This document shows positions 9,458 through 19,230 of a stretch of DNA of 64,000 nucleotides, piece after piece. Below the pieces are notes generated by a model. That model saw only the letters and a program-made list of their open reading frames with translations, was not told the origin of the DNA and did not search any database. A program made the translations under genes and the position numbers. The stretch is from a virus (Duplodnaviria; Caudoviricetes), in IMG/VR virus record IMGVR_UViG_3300029913_000001. The stretch is one strand, 5' to 3'. Numbering within the stretch: the stretch's first letter is position 1; each line of letters opens with the position of its first letter.

Positions 9458-10189
9458 TTACCATGCCTCACGAGAATTTTCATCGTCAAATTGACGAGCT
9501 GCTTCTTGTTTCCAACCACCGGGATCTCTATCAATCGGCTGTTGAGCTATTTCTTTTTCTAATGTAAGTCGAATAGTTTGAAGTGTGTTTATAAACTCGA
9601 TACCCATATCACTAGAAGCATCGATATGATATAGTTTACCATTAACGAACTTTAATAACTCTGGTAAACCACCATCAAGCGGCTCTTCCCAAGCCTCATT
9701 AGCCAAAGATTCTTTAAGCGTGTGTTTTAAAAATTCTTTTGAAAAACTTATTGACTCGTAATATCTATCACCATAAGCTCTCAACTTATCTGATTTTCTG
9801 CCAAATATTCCAATCTTTGCTAATCCATCATATAACTTATTTTTTTCATATGCTGCTAGAATATCACCATTGACCGCTTTTCTAAGTGCGGGAAGAATTT
9901 TTCCTATTCGTTCATATGCTACATCTGGACCATTATCGGTTATAGTTCTATAAACTACCAATTTTTCTAGCTCTAACTGAGGATTTTTAGCATGACTAAT
10001 ATCTCCCCAATAACCATAGCAATCGGGGTCCTGTTCTTTAGAAATTTTAACAGCTTTCGGATATCTTTTTGTACACAAAAATATACTAGGATATTTTTTT
10101 GCTAACTCGATTGGGGTCAAGTGGGCTTTTTTAACTGCCCCTTCTATTAATATTCCTCGATAATTCTGAATTTCTTCTAATAAATTCAT
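9458..10189 (-). CDS. Protein with MNLLEEIQNY leader
   Basis: AGGAG RBS; leader ends ILIEG. Confidence 0.7.
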   Translation of the reverse strand: MNLLEEIQNYRGILIEGAVKKAHLTPIELAKKYPSIFLCTKRYPKAVKISKEQDPDCYGYWGDISHAKNPQLELEKLVVYRTITDNGPDVAYERIGKILPALRKAVNGDILAAYEKNKLYDGLAKIGIFGRKSDKLRAYGDRYYESISFSKEFLKHTLKESLANEAWEEPLDGGLPELLKFVNGKLYHIDASSDMGIEFINTLQTIRLTLEKEIAQQPIDRDPGGWKQEAARQFDDENSREAW

Positions 10190-10197
10190 GATTTCTC

Positions 10198-10848
10198 CTA
10201 ATTTAGTTTCAATTCATTAATGAATCGAGTTAATTCTTCTTTAAGGTAGCGTTGAACTTTTGGGTTCGATTTAACTTCAGCCGCCATTTCAAAAACATCA
10301 TCACCATTTTTACGGAAGTTACGCAGGCCTTCATATACAGGGATGGGGAACGCATTCGGAGCCGATGGCTGGGCGACTACATCAACAGTAACAATTTCAA
10401 AGTCGCTAACGTAACCACTACTCTCATTAACATTACCCGAACCGCGAGAACTAACCCCCAATTTACACCCACTCTCAAGAATAGTCTTAATAATATTACC
10501 CATTGGGGTAGGAATAATCTTTAATTTACCGCAGCCATTTGCACCTTCCATCCACATCGAGGAAATAGAGTGACTAATACGATCTATATTAATATTTAGA
10601 CCAGTTGGATGGTCTCCTTCTCCGAAAATTGGAGCCCCCGATTCAATCAAGGTATTCATCGCCGTAACGGCTCTTTTAATTTCTGTTACCGGATAAATTC
10701 TCTGATTATAGTTTCTAACATCGCCTTGAATGAAGATTCCCTTCATATACAGATCTTTTTGCTTCTGCCCAGACGCATTAACTGATTCTGCCACTTCAGT
10801 TATCATTGTTGCGGGATTTTGATATTCAAACAACGGAATCTTATTCAT
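10198..10848 (-). CDS. gp21: Prohead core protease (gp21 family)
   Basis: GIFIQGDVRNYNQRIYP, GEGDHP, LGVSSRGSG and DVVAQPSAPNA motifs. Confidence 0.95.
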   Translation of the reverse strand: MNKIPLFEYQNPATMITEVAESVNASGQKQKDLYMKGIFIQGDVRNYNQRIYPVTEIKRAVTAMNTLIESGAPIFGEGDHPTGLNINIDRISHSISSMWMEGANGCGKLKIIPTPMGNIIKTILESGCKLGVSSRGSGNVNESSGYVSDFEIVTVDVVAQPSAPNAFPIPVYEGLRNFRKNGDDVFEMAAEVKSNPKVQRYLKEELTRFINELKLN

Positions 10849-10897
10849 AGTATTACCTCTATTATTATTTATAGTATTACCTCTATTATTATTTATA
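10847..10897 (-). promoter_or_regulatory. Tandemly duplicated late promoter plus RBS (24 bp x2) upstream of gp21
   Basis: ATAGTATTACCTCTATTATTATTT occurs at 10847-10870 and 10871-10894; minus strand reads TATAAATA-ATAATAGAGG twice. Confidence 0.8.
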
Positions 10898-10931
10898 CAA
10901 TCTTATTAATTTAACTATCGGCGCAAAAAAT

Positions 10932-10959
10932 AATGGGAAGGTAAAATACCCTTCCCATT
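10932..10959 (-). terminator. Hairpin/terminator after the acidic core protein gene
   Basis: AATGGGAAGG ... CCTTCCCATT inverted repeat next to a T-run on the minus strand. Confidence 0.65.
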
Positions 10960-10983
10960 TAAATTACTCGTTATCAATGTTAT

Positions 10984-11856
10984 TTAAAGAACACTTTTTT
11001 TATTTGTTCCTTCGCTATCTCCGGTTTTCTTGACAGATGGACCGGGCTTTAATCGGGCCTTGCCACCGGGTACATTAACTACATCTGGTGTAAACTTGCC
11101 GGACGTTGGTGTTGGACGCCCCTTTTCAGGACTGCCACCCTGAGCAATATTCTTGGCAGAAATGCCCTTAACAATCTCATTCTTACCAGCAACAGGAGAC
11201 TTTTTCTGTGTACTCGGCTCTTCTGTTGAATTGGCAAGACCTTTGGTTACCTTTTCTACATACTCACGGATAACACTTTCGTCTACCGGCTCTTCATCAT
11301 CTTCATCATCCAAGTCGTCTTCCTCATCTTCAGACTCAGTTTCAGTTTCGTCATCGTTATCGTCAGACTCGGTTTCAGTTTCAGTTTCGGTTTCGGTCTC
11401 ATCTGAGAATTCGTCTTCATCTTCGAAGTCATCGTCGAGATCTTCGGTGTCGTCTAGATCTAGATCTTCTGCTTCGGTATCTAATGAAGCATCTTCAGAC
11501 TCATCGTCACCATCCACCTGTAATTCATCAAATTCTGCCTTAAGAGCATCAAACTCGTTCTCAAGATCGGAAAGACGATCATCGACTTCGGGTGTTAGTT
11601 CTTCGTCTTCTAGATCAGAATCAGCAAGAACGTCAGATTTAAGATCATCCTGCTCGTCTCCGCCAAACTCATCTAACTCGTGGGAAGTTTCGTCTGACTC
11701 AACTTCATCAAAGTTTCTAGAAGTATCGCCGTCTAAATCTAGATCCTCATAAATTTTACGACTCTTGTCAACAACGATGCTATGAAAAAGTCGGCGAGCC
11801 TTTTTCTCATCATTTGCAACTACATATTCGATAAGTTTTTCAAACTTAGATGCCAT
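10984..11856 (-). CDS. Highly acidic prohead core protein (gp67-like position)
   Basis: MASKFEKLIEYVVANDEKKARRLFHSIVVDKSRKIYE then a D/E-rich tract; ATG at 11856 with AGGAG RBS; lies between portal and protease. Confidence 0.7.
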   Translation of the reverse strand: MASKFEKLIEYVVANDEKKARRLFHSIVVDKSRKIYEDLDLDGDTSRNFDEVESDETSHELDEFGGDEQDDLKSDVLADSDLEDEELTPEVDDRLSDLENEFDALKAEFDELQVDGDDESEDASLDTEAEDLDLDDTEDLDDDFEDEDEFSDETETETETETESDDNDDETETESEDEEDDLDDEDDEEPVDESVIREYVEKVTKGLANSTEEPSTQKKSPVAGKNEIVKGISAKNIAQGGSPEKGRPTPTSGKFTPDVVNVPGGKARLKPGPSVKKTGDSEGTNKKSVL

Positions 11857-12022
11857 TGTATTCTCCTTTAATCTAACAAACTTCTTTGATGTATTTACTT
11901 TCACTTAATATTTTTTAGGCTATAAGCGAGCTAATTTAGTATTTTCCTTAAAAAATCTAAATCCACTATAATTGTATTTACCTTCAATTTTATAAATCCA
12001 TTATATAAAAGCAGATTTGTTA

Positions 12023-12883
12023 TTACTTTTCTTTTATTTCTTTCCATTCATTAACTAACGCTTTTATTTTTTCTACATTTCCAAGAGCTCTAAAATATCT
12101 GTTCGATAAATTACCATTAGATTTATAATTTTCTTGATTATCCCAAATACGACTTATAATCTTCTGGTTATTTTCTACGGTTACAAATGGGTGCCAAATA
12201 TGAGATACAGAACTCGGTAATGTTTTATGTGGGCCGTAAAGTGTGTCCATTACCCGCATTGCGGTAACATCTTCCCCTCCCCAACCACGAAATCTTTCAT
12301 CCCAGCCACCGGTAATTTTAAAAGCCTCCCTTGGCATAATTTGAAATAATGCACCATAACGATGCCCATGGACCGACCCAGACAACCCATTAAAATCTTT
12401 AGTTATTAAAATTTCATCGGTTTCGGGCTCATGATATTTATTATTTGAATTTGTTTGTAACAATTTTTTTGATGCAGATTCATTCAATCGAAAAAATTTT
12501 CTATATGGTATAAACCAGAGCGTATGTTTTTTCTTTCTTGCTTTTCTAATCTCCATAGCACATTTTAACACCGAATCGGTTGATATATATCCATCGGCGT
12601 CCGCAATAACAAAAATATCTCCCAATGCTCTTTTAGCAGCATAATTAACCGCACAGGCTTTTGAAAAGGGTTGGTTATTTATATTAACTTTTTCATCGAT
12701 TCCCATAATAATTTCTGCGCCCGGCAAATGAAATTTCCAATATTCATATAACCAGTTCCAATTTAGAGTTCGTTGATTAGCTGAAGGCGAAGAATAAAAT
12801 GGAACCAGAATGCTAATACCATTGCCTTTCAAGCAAAAAAATTTTGCGATAGTAAATTTAATTAGTTGGTAATTAATTTTCAT
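12023..12883 (-). CDS. Glycosyltransferase, GT-A fold (GT2/GT7-like)
   Basis: FVIADAD (DxD) and GGWDERFRGWGGED motifs. Confidence 0.85.
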   Translation of the reverse strand: MKINYQLIKFTIAKFFCLKGNGISILVPFYSSPSANQRTLNWNWLYEYWKFHLPGAEIIMGIDEKVNINNQPFSKACAVNYAAKRALGDIFVIADADGYISTDSVLKCAMEIRKARKKKHTLWFIPYRKFFRLNESASKKLLQTNSNNKYHEPETDEILITKDFNGLSGSVHGHRYGALFQIMPREAFKITGGWDERFRGWGGEDVTAMRVMDTLYGPHKTLPSSVSHIWHPFVTVENNQKIISRIWDNQENYKSNGNLSNRYFRALGNVEKIKALVNEWKEIKEK

Positions 12884-13644
12884 ATAACTTTTCCTAATTC
12901 TCGAAGTGCATCATAAATTGAAAATTTGACTTCTTCGACAAGAACTCTAGATGGTTCAACCATTTTTCCTAACTCAAATGGCGTTCTAATTGACGCGCTA
13001 TAATCTCGAAATTTAAATAAGCCGCCTTCATTCGCCATTTTTTCGCAAAGTTCTACACGCCGTGGAATTCCGCCAAATGAATCAGCCACAATCATTCCAT
13101 GTAAAGAAGACGTAACTATTCTACGACTAGCACCGATTTCACTAATCACCTGTAACGGCGGATCTAAAGGATTAATTACCTTAATAGAAAATTTATTTGG
13201 AATTAATTTTTTAAATCGACTAACTAATTCTGTATCTCGCCAATGAGGGACAATTCCCAAATCCCATTGTTTTTTAATTGGCTCAATTAATTCATTTGCT
13301 AATATACCAGGATCGCCCAATGTAAAATTACCGCTAAACCCTCTAGCAGATAATGGGCCGCGCAAAGCTAAAATTTTTGCAGTTGAACCAAACGAGCCCA
13401 ATCTCGAATTCTCAAATAATTTTCCCGACCCCACAATGTAACCATCCCAGTCAGGAGGAATATATTCTAAAATTGATCCGCAAACCGTAACCAATGATCT
13501 CGAAATGGTATCTCTTTCCACTTGTTTAATATCGGCAAACCGCGAAAGAATCAACGGAGTTAACGCATCCCCAAAATTAGGCATTTTATTCCACCAAAAC
13601 GCTTTAATTGAAGAGTTTGCTCTAAAAAATTTTGAAAGAATCAT
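12880..13644 (-). CDS. Polysaccharide pyruvyl transferase-family protein
   Basis: NFGDALTP, GSIL, ALRGPLS, LGDPG and TSSLHGMIVADSFG motifs. Confidence 0.85.
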   Translation of the reverse strand: MILSKFFRANSSIKAFWWNKMPNFGDALTPLILSRFADIKQVERDTISRSLVTVCGSILEYIPPDWDGYIVGSGKLFENSRLGSFGSTAKILALRGPLSARGFSGNFTLGDPGILANELIEPIKKQWDLGIVPHWRDTELVSRFKKLIPNKFSIKVINPLDPPLQVISEIGASRRIVTSSLHGMIVADSFGGIPRRVELCEKMANEGGLFKFRDYSASIRTPFELGKMVEPSRVLVEEVKFSIYDALRELGKVI

Positions 13645-13688
13645 CGAGTATCCACTTTTAATCTATATTTGGGAATTAGACGTGCGTT

Positions 13689-13913
13689 TTACATTACCCC
13701 GGCGCCGGCGGCTGGAGCTCCATATTGTCGTTGAATATCTTCTAGGTTTTGCTGCATTTCAAATTTACGAACATCATCAATTTTACGCAATTGATTAATA
13801 TGGCCGAGAGTTAAACGTACCTTTCTAAGATCGTTAAGACGAGGAATTTCTTGATCATCCTGCGGATTCTCATAGCCCTTATCATATTCGCCGAACATTT
13901 CATCTAGAATCAT
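13689..13913 (-). CDS. Small hypothetical head-module protein
   Basis: KVRLTLGHINQLRK...QYGAP; intact ORF downstream of the portal gene. Confidence 0.65.
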   Translation of the reverse strand: MILDEMFGEYDKGYENPQDDQEIPRLNDLRKVRLTLGHINQLRKIDDVRKFEMQQNLEDIQRQYGAPAAGAGVM

Positions 13914-13923
13914 AAATTCACCA

Positions 13924-14253
13924 TTAATTATTATCTATTTCTTTTTTAAATCGATCAATTTCATACTGAGCATCAATTAAATTAGTTTCATCTATTATCC
14001 AAGGATTGGAACTCATCGTAGTCCCATCAGATGCACTATTTGCCGCCTCTACTTGTTGAATCGATCCATCTATTGCTTTAAAAATTAATAATGCAGCAGA
14101 GTCTTCATATCCCGACCAATAATCAAAATAAATTATAGAATCTATTAAATCTATATCAGCGTCCGGCCAAATTTCTTTAATAGATTCTATATCGGTTAAT
14201 GAAATATTTTCGGTTATTTTTCGATATTTTTGTATTTCTTCTAATAAATTCAT
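13924..14253 (-). CDS. Small protein with MNLLEEIQKY leader
   Basis: ATG at 14253 after an AGGAAGG RBS; first 20 nt identical to the genes starting at 10189 and 9456. Confidence 0.7.
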   Translation of the reverse strand: MNLLEEIQKYRKITENISLTDIESIKEIWPDADIDLIDSIIYFDYWSGYEDSAALLIFKAIDGSIQQVEAANSASDGTTMSSNPWIIDETNLIDAQYEIDRFKKEIDNN

Positions 14254-14287
14254 AATCCTTCCTAAGTTATTTATCAATTAATTACTA

Positions 14288-16045
14288 TTATGCTCCGGGA
14301 GTTGCTGCGGCTGAAGCTTCGGCTGTACCGGCAGTGGGAACATTCCCTCCTCCACCCATAGCGCCGGCTTCTTCCGATCCTCCGGGCATTTCGCTACTCT
14401 CTTCACCCATACCCATATCTTCTCCTCCACCAAAAGTTTCCATGTCGCCTTCTATACCGCCTGGAGTTATACCTATATTCCTGAAATCAGATGGTTCCGA
14501 CGAATATTGCTCTGGTGAAATATTTTCTTCACGCCACATTTCCTGATTTTCTAATAACTCATCTGGTTTCAATCCTAAGAATCGAGTCATTAACCAGCGT
14601 TTTGAAAAATATGGATATGCTTCTAATTGAGTGAATGTGTTAATTTTAGCCGAATCCAATTCTGCTTGACGATAACTTGCAAAATTTTGAGGAGGAGTAA
14701 ATTCTAATTGAAAAATACTCGAATCAATATTAATTCCACAAAATTTTAAATACGCTTTAAACTCTACATCCAATGGGCCGCAAATAAGTTTTTGTAATCT
14801 CTGGCAATATTGATTAAATCTAAATTCTTGAATTAATGCCGTTCCCACCCTACCATCGTTTAATGTTGCGGAACTTTCCTCTGGACCGGTTGGCAAATAA
14901 CTACTAGGAATACGAAGGCCACGCATCATCTTATTGTTAAAATACAAAAGATCGGAAATTTGGCCCAAGTTTTCTCCGCCTGGAAGAATTTCAACAGAAC
15001 TGCCTCGCCCTGCAGCGGTTTGTGGGAAAAAGAAATCTGCATTCGGAGGAAGACCTTGATAAGAACTATCCATGAAATTTTCGTTACCGGCTCTTCCAGG
15101 AATTCTCCGTTGATGCATCTCATTCTTAACTTTTTCCATAAACTGCATAGCCATGTGGCTAGGCATATCACCAACATCGATTTTGAAAACTCTACGTTCA
15201 GGTGCTCGTTGAACACGATAAATCAAAATTGAATCTTCTAATAGTTCTTTTTGTTTAAAAACTTTGAAAATTAATTCAAGAATACTATTACCAAACGGCC
15301 AATTAGGATCTAATCCCTCGGTTAATGATAAATGAAGAATATTAGTTGCGTCGATACAATTCTCGTTTTGCCCATGTACAAACCGGCTACTAGAACTATT
15401 GGGACTATTCGGCATATTATAACCAGAACCTGATGAAGAATATCCTGGCCCAGATGGGACAACATTATATAGATTATTCGAAGCTACCTGTGTTATTGTT
15501 AAATTTTGAAAATTAGGATTAATATTTCTAATTATATATTGCTCTGGCTTTTTCCCGTCACTTTCATTAACAATAACCTTAATAACCTGATCCATTTCAA
15601 CATAAAATAATTTAAACGTTTCGGGATCCCGAATAAATACTTGGTCGCCGTATTTTAAAACATTTCGAAACAATCTAAATGCCCGTTTATTAAATTCATT
15701 AAGATAATACCAAGACTGAAGTTGTTTATCAATTAATTTAGATTCAGTTTCTGTTGGAGTATCTTTATATTTAATAGTAAAGCACATATGATTTTGCTCG
15801 TCTGCTTGCGTACTAAACTCAGCCAAAATATCTAGCGCTGAATTTACCTCACTATCGCAATCCATTCCTTCCCAGCTTTGGTATCGAGAAATGCGATTTG
15901 GGCAGCCTACGTAGGACTCAGGAATCATATTCGGATATGAATTTGTAGCGATTGCATCTTCGCCTGTATTAGACTTTCGGCGATGAGTCAACGGACTATC
16001 AATACCCGATTCATTTCGTGCTAATTTGAAATATTTTTTCCACAT
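14288..16045 (-). CDS. gp20: Portal vertex protein (gp20 family)
   Basis: IYRVQRAPERRVFKIDVGDMP, DFFFPQ...GRGSSVEILPGG and LRIPSSYL motifs. Confidence 0.96.
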   Translation of the reverse strand: MWKKYFKLARNESGIDSPLTHRRKSNTGEDAIATNSYPNMIPESYVGCPNRISRYQSWEGMDCDSEVNSALDILAEFSTQADEQNHMCFTIKYKDTPTETESKLIDKQLQSWYYLNEFNKRAFRLFRNVLKYGDQVFIRDPETFKLFYVEMDQVIKVIVNESDGKKPEQYIIRNINPNFQNLTITQVASNNLYNVVPSGPGYSSSGSGYNMPNSPNSSSSRFVHGQNENCIDATNILHLSLTEGLDPNWPFGNSILELIFKVFKQKELLEDSILIYRVQRAPERRVFKIDVGDMPSHMAMQFMEKVKNEMHQRRIPGRAGNENFMDSSYQGLPPNADFFFPQTAAGRGSSVEILPGGENLGQISDLLYFNNKMMRGLRIPSSYLPTGPEESSATLNDGRVGTALIQEFRFNQYCQRLQKLICGPLDVEFKAYLKFCGINIDSSIFQLEFTPPQNFASYRQAELDSAKINTFTQLEAYPYFSKRWLMTRFLGLKPDELLENQEMWREENISPEQYSSEPSDFRNIGITPGGIEGDMETFGGGEDMGMGEESSEMPGGSEEAGAMGGGGNVPTAGTAEASAAATPGA

Positions 16046-16151
16046 AATTTTAAATTATTTCCTTAAATTGCCGCGATTTTCGACAACTTCATTAGATTAA
16101 ATTAACTCCAAAATTTTCAGATTTAATCATTTTATCCTTGTATTCTATTTA

Positions 16152-16883
16152 TTAATCCTTCTGCGCGACTAACGTCATATTTTGCTCGACATATGTTCTA
16201 TCTTTGGTCAGTTGCTTCTTTTGCTTCGATAATTTATTATATTGATTCCATAATGCTGTTCTTTTTGGGATGTTTTTAAATTTCATGAACTCTGCCCATA
16301 TTCTTTTTTGTTCAGCTTCTAAAGATTTAAATTTTTTCTCATCGTATTCTACATCTGTATCATATAAATCAGTTTCACCAAATAAATCATGCTTGTCTAG
16401 ACTAATAGCCTCTTTCTTTTTATCATCCCATGCAAAAACTAAAATACCAGGAATCTTTGCTAATTTTTCCCAAATTGTTTTGCCACCTTTTGTCTGGGCA
16501 TCAGTTGACCACAATGTATAATTTTTATTTTTAATAAGATATGCATACACCGTTGTTGCTAAACCAATACCTAGGTAGGGAGTATCAACCGCGGTTTCTA
16601 CAATAGAATATGATTTTCTAAGTTTAATTAATTCAATAAATCCAGCAATTTTTTTATTAACGGTATCAAAAATTTGAATCATTTGAGTTGAATGAATATT
16701 AGAAATGCCTGGCTCTTCTCTAAAATATAAATCGAAACCCGATATATTTCCTAATTTAACTTTAATTTCATTTCCATTATCATCTTCATTAAAATCTGTA
16801 TAATCCCATCGATGCACTAAGGTAGTAAACATAGAGTGTTTTGCTGGCGGCGCGGATGCATATCTCAATTCATTTATTCTCAT
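16152..16883 (-). CDS. GNAT-fold acetyltransferase-like protein with MRINEL leader
   Basis: VDTPYLGIGLATTVY (acetyl-CoA-binding motif A) and STDAQTKGGKTIWEKL. Confidence 0.6.
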   Translation of the reverse strand: MRINELRYASAPPAKHSMFTTLVHRWDYTDFNEDDNGNEIKVKLGNISGFDLYFREEPGISNIHSTQMIQIFDTVNKKIAGFIELIKLRKSYSIVETAVDTPYLGIGLATTVYAYLIKNKNYTLWSTDAQTKGGKTIWEKLAKIPGILVFAWDDKKKEAISLDKHDLFGETDLYDTDVEYDEKKFKSLEAEQKRIWAEFMKFKNIPKRTALWNQYNKLSKQKKQLTKDRTYVEQNMTLVAQKD

Positions 16884-16885
16884 AA

Positions 16886-19171
16886 TTATGCCGTTTGCGA
16901 CGCAATCTGGGTCGTTGCCCGAGAAGTTCTTTCGTTGTGATTATTACCAATTTTAATTTGATCTAAAATATTTGACAATATTTCTGTTTGATCATTACCG
17001 GCTGTTTGTGTTTGATTATTGTCTATGCCAATTTCCTGGGGCTTCGCGCTATTTGATGGCGCTCCCGTGGTTTCAGGCATCATACTTCCAATAGTAGGAG
17101 CCGAAGCTGCTCCTGGCATAGAGGGCATAGCAGGCATGGATGGTTTTGAACCCGGATCCGAAACTCCGGGTAAAAACGAAGACATCTTTTTAGTAATCCA
17201 CCACATAGCTATTGCCAGTCCGGTCAATGCTGCTACTACCGCTATAACAGCAACTACAATTAACCAAAACGGTACGGTTGCTATCATTAATGCCGCAGCT
17301 ATTATACTAGAAGCAACAAAAATAATTCCGGCTATAACTAAAATGGCGGCAAAAATACCGATAATTACCGCAGACAAAATTTTAATTAAGGTTAAATGTT
17401 CAACAACCCAGCTAGCAATTCCCACAATAGCACTAATTACGGTAAACAGTATAGCGAAAAAAACCATTATTGTTACCTTAATTTGCGCCCCATTGGCCAT
17501 AACCCATGCAACAACTTCTCCCAGCGCGGCCGTTATATCCGCCAAAACATGTGTTATCGTATTTTTAAAACCTTCTGTTTGTAATGTTTTAACGATGTCA
17601 TCTATTAATGGAGCGATGACCTTCATTAATGGGTCTAACACTCGTTCAATAAAAACCGCCTCTAATTGCAAAAATTCCGCACTCCAGGAAGCCAATGATG
17701 ATCGCATTTTATCACCGGATTCTTGAGTATCTCTTATTTCCTTCATTTTTTGATCAAACAGAACTTTATTAAAAACTCCATTTTTAATATAAAGATCCTG
17801 GTGTGCGAGTAATTCTCCTTGAATTTTTGCGATCGACCCTGCACTTGCGTCATCTAGCCCAGATGAAACAGCATTTAAAATTTCCTGGAAGCCGGCGCCA
17901 GACTTGATTCCAGATTCCAACATATCTCCAATTCTATTATCAACGTCGGTAGGATCATATTTTCCATTTTTCATTTTATTAGAAATATCATCAAATGACT
18001 TACCGATTCCAGGCACGGTAGCCTGAAGTATTTGCATATCTTTAGTTAATGGCACGATTCCTAGCACATGCATTTTATAAAGTAATGCACTAGTCGGACC
18101 CATTGTAGCATTAACTTCGGCTAATGCCATATTTTGATTTGCCAATTCGGTTGTGCTCATCTGACTCATTTTCAATTTCCAGGCGGCATCTACTTCTAAT
18201 GCCTGTAATTGTTTTGCCTGCTCATCTCTAGACTGGCCTGTTAATTTTGCCATCGCATCAAATTCCGATGTTAATTGCATCGCGCTAGACGCTAATAACT
18301 GATCGCTAGCTCCGTGAGCTTTCATAGATGCGCCAAATAACGAAAGGATACCCGGCAATTCTCTTTGATAGTCGGCTAACGAAATGCCCATATCTGTTAA
18401 CTGGCCGACATATTCTTTCATAGTAATATTAGCGACGCCCGTAAAAACTCTTACGCCGTCCATAACGGTACCAAATTTTGCTAATCCTTGCGCATTGGCT
18501 GTAATAACGGAAGAATAATCTTGCAACGCCATTCCAGCGGATGCGGCACCCACTACCATAGATACCATACTATTATTAAAACTTGCGCCGACCATATTAA
18601 GAGCATACAGCGATTTATTCCAACTATCAATTAGTGTCATTCCGGTACTTAGAATGCTCGTAAGCGTACCTAAAATAGGAATATTCGCTGTGCCATTTGC
18701 AATAGCCGATAAAAAATCACTAAGCGAGGTTTTACCATTTATAAAAGTACCAACTAATAGGCCAGCGGTATTAACAATAGAATGGAAAGCGGAAGTTACA
18801 GTTTCAATTACAGCCATTCCGGCAAATGCTTCAGAAATTCCTGCAACCATCGGGCCAAGAGTATCTAATGCAGCGGTTGTTCCTTCAATTGAATTAACCT
18901 GGCTCTCCGCTGCCTTTTTAACCTTACTGTCATCTGCCTTATTAGTATGAATTCCTAATTTTTCTTTTATTTTATTAAAATATTCATCCATAGATTTAGC
19001 AGGGGGTGTTTTTTCTGAGGATGAGGTTGTACCGGATGGCTTATCATGTAATACATTATCAATAGATTCGAGCCGAGTTAAAATATTTAATAGCGTTTCT
19101 TCCGATGCGATATTCTCGATTTCCGAATCATTAAGAGAATTACCACTTGATTTAATGCGAACTTGCGCCAT
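16886..19171 (-). CDS. Tail tape measure protein
   Basis: 761 aa, Ala/Ser/Met-rich helical composition, LAKLTGQSRDEQ-type segment, hydrophobic C-terminal helices; divergent from baseplate genes. Confidence 0.75.
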   Translation of the reverse strand: MAQVRIKSSGNSLNDSEIENIASEETLLNILTRLESIDNVLHDKPSGTTSSSEKTPPAKSMDEYFNKIKEKLGIHTNKADDSKVKKAAESQVNSIEGTTAALDTLGPMVAGISEAFAGMAVIETVTSAFHSIVNTAGLLVGTFINGKTSLSDFLSAIANGTANIPILGTLTSILSTGMTLIDSWNKSLYALNMVGASFNNSMVSMVVGAASAGMALQDYSSVITANAQGLAKFGTVMDGVRVFTGVANITMKEYVGQLTDMGISLADYQRELPGILSLFGASMKAHGASDQLLASSAMQLTSEFDAMAKLTGQSRDEQAKQLQALEVDAAWKLKMSQMSTTELANQNMALAEVNATMGPTSALLYKMHVLGIVPLTKDMQILQATVPGIGKSFDDISNKMKNGKYDPTDVDNRIGDMLESGIKSGAGFQEILNAVSSGLDDASAGSIAKIQGELLAHQDLYIKNGVFNKVLFDQKMKEIRDTQESGDKMRSSLASWSAEFLQLEAVFIERVLDPLMKVIAPLIDDIVKTLQTEGFKNTITHVLADITAALGEVVAWVMANGAQIKVTIMVFFAILFTVISAIVGIASWVVEHLTLIKILSAVIIGIFAAILVIAGIIFVASSIIAAALMIATVPFWLIVVAVIAVVAALTGLAIAMWWITKKMSSFLPGVSDPGSKPSMPAMPSMPGAASAPTIGSMMPETTGAPSNSAKPQEIGIDNNQTQTAGNDQTEILSNILDQIKIGNNHNERTSRATTQIASQTA

Positions 19172-19185
19172 TTTTTCCTCTATTT

Positions 19186-19215
19186 GTATTTATACAAAAC
19201 TTTTGAAGATAAATA
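19186..19215. promoter_or_regulatory. Back-to-back T4-type late promoters
   Basis: TATAAATA on the minus strand (about 19186-19193) and ATAAATA on the plus strand (19209-19215) ahead of divergent structural genes. Confidence 0.65.
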
Positions 19216-19230
19216 CAAGAGAGGAAACAT

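Noticed and set aside
11153-11752. 199-aa Ser-rich ORF on the plus strand
   Set aside because: Antisense shadow of the D/E-rich core protein; GAx codons read as TCx on the other strand.
17019-17726. 235-aa plus-strand ORF, and other antisense ORFs within gp22, portal, AAA ATPase, queE, clamp and polymerase genes
   Set aside because: Fully nested opposite well-supported genes, with no RBS or motifs.
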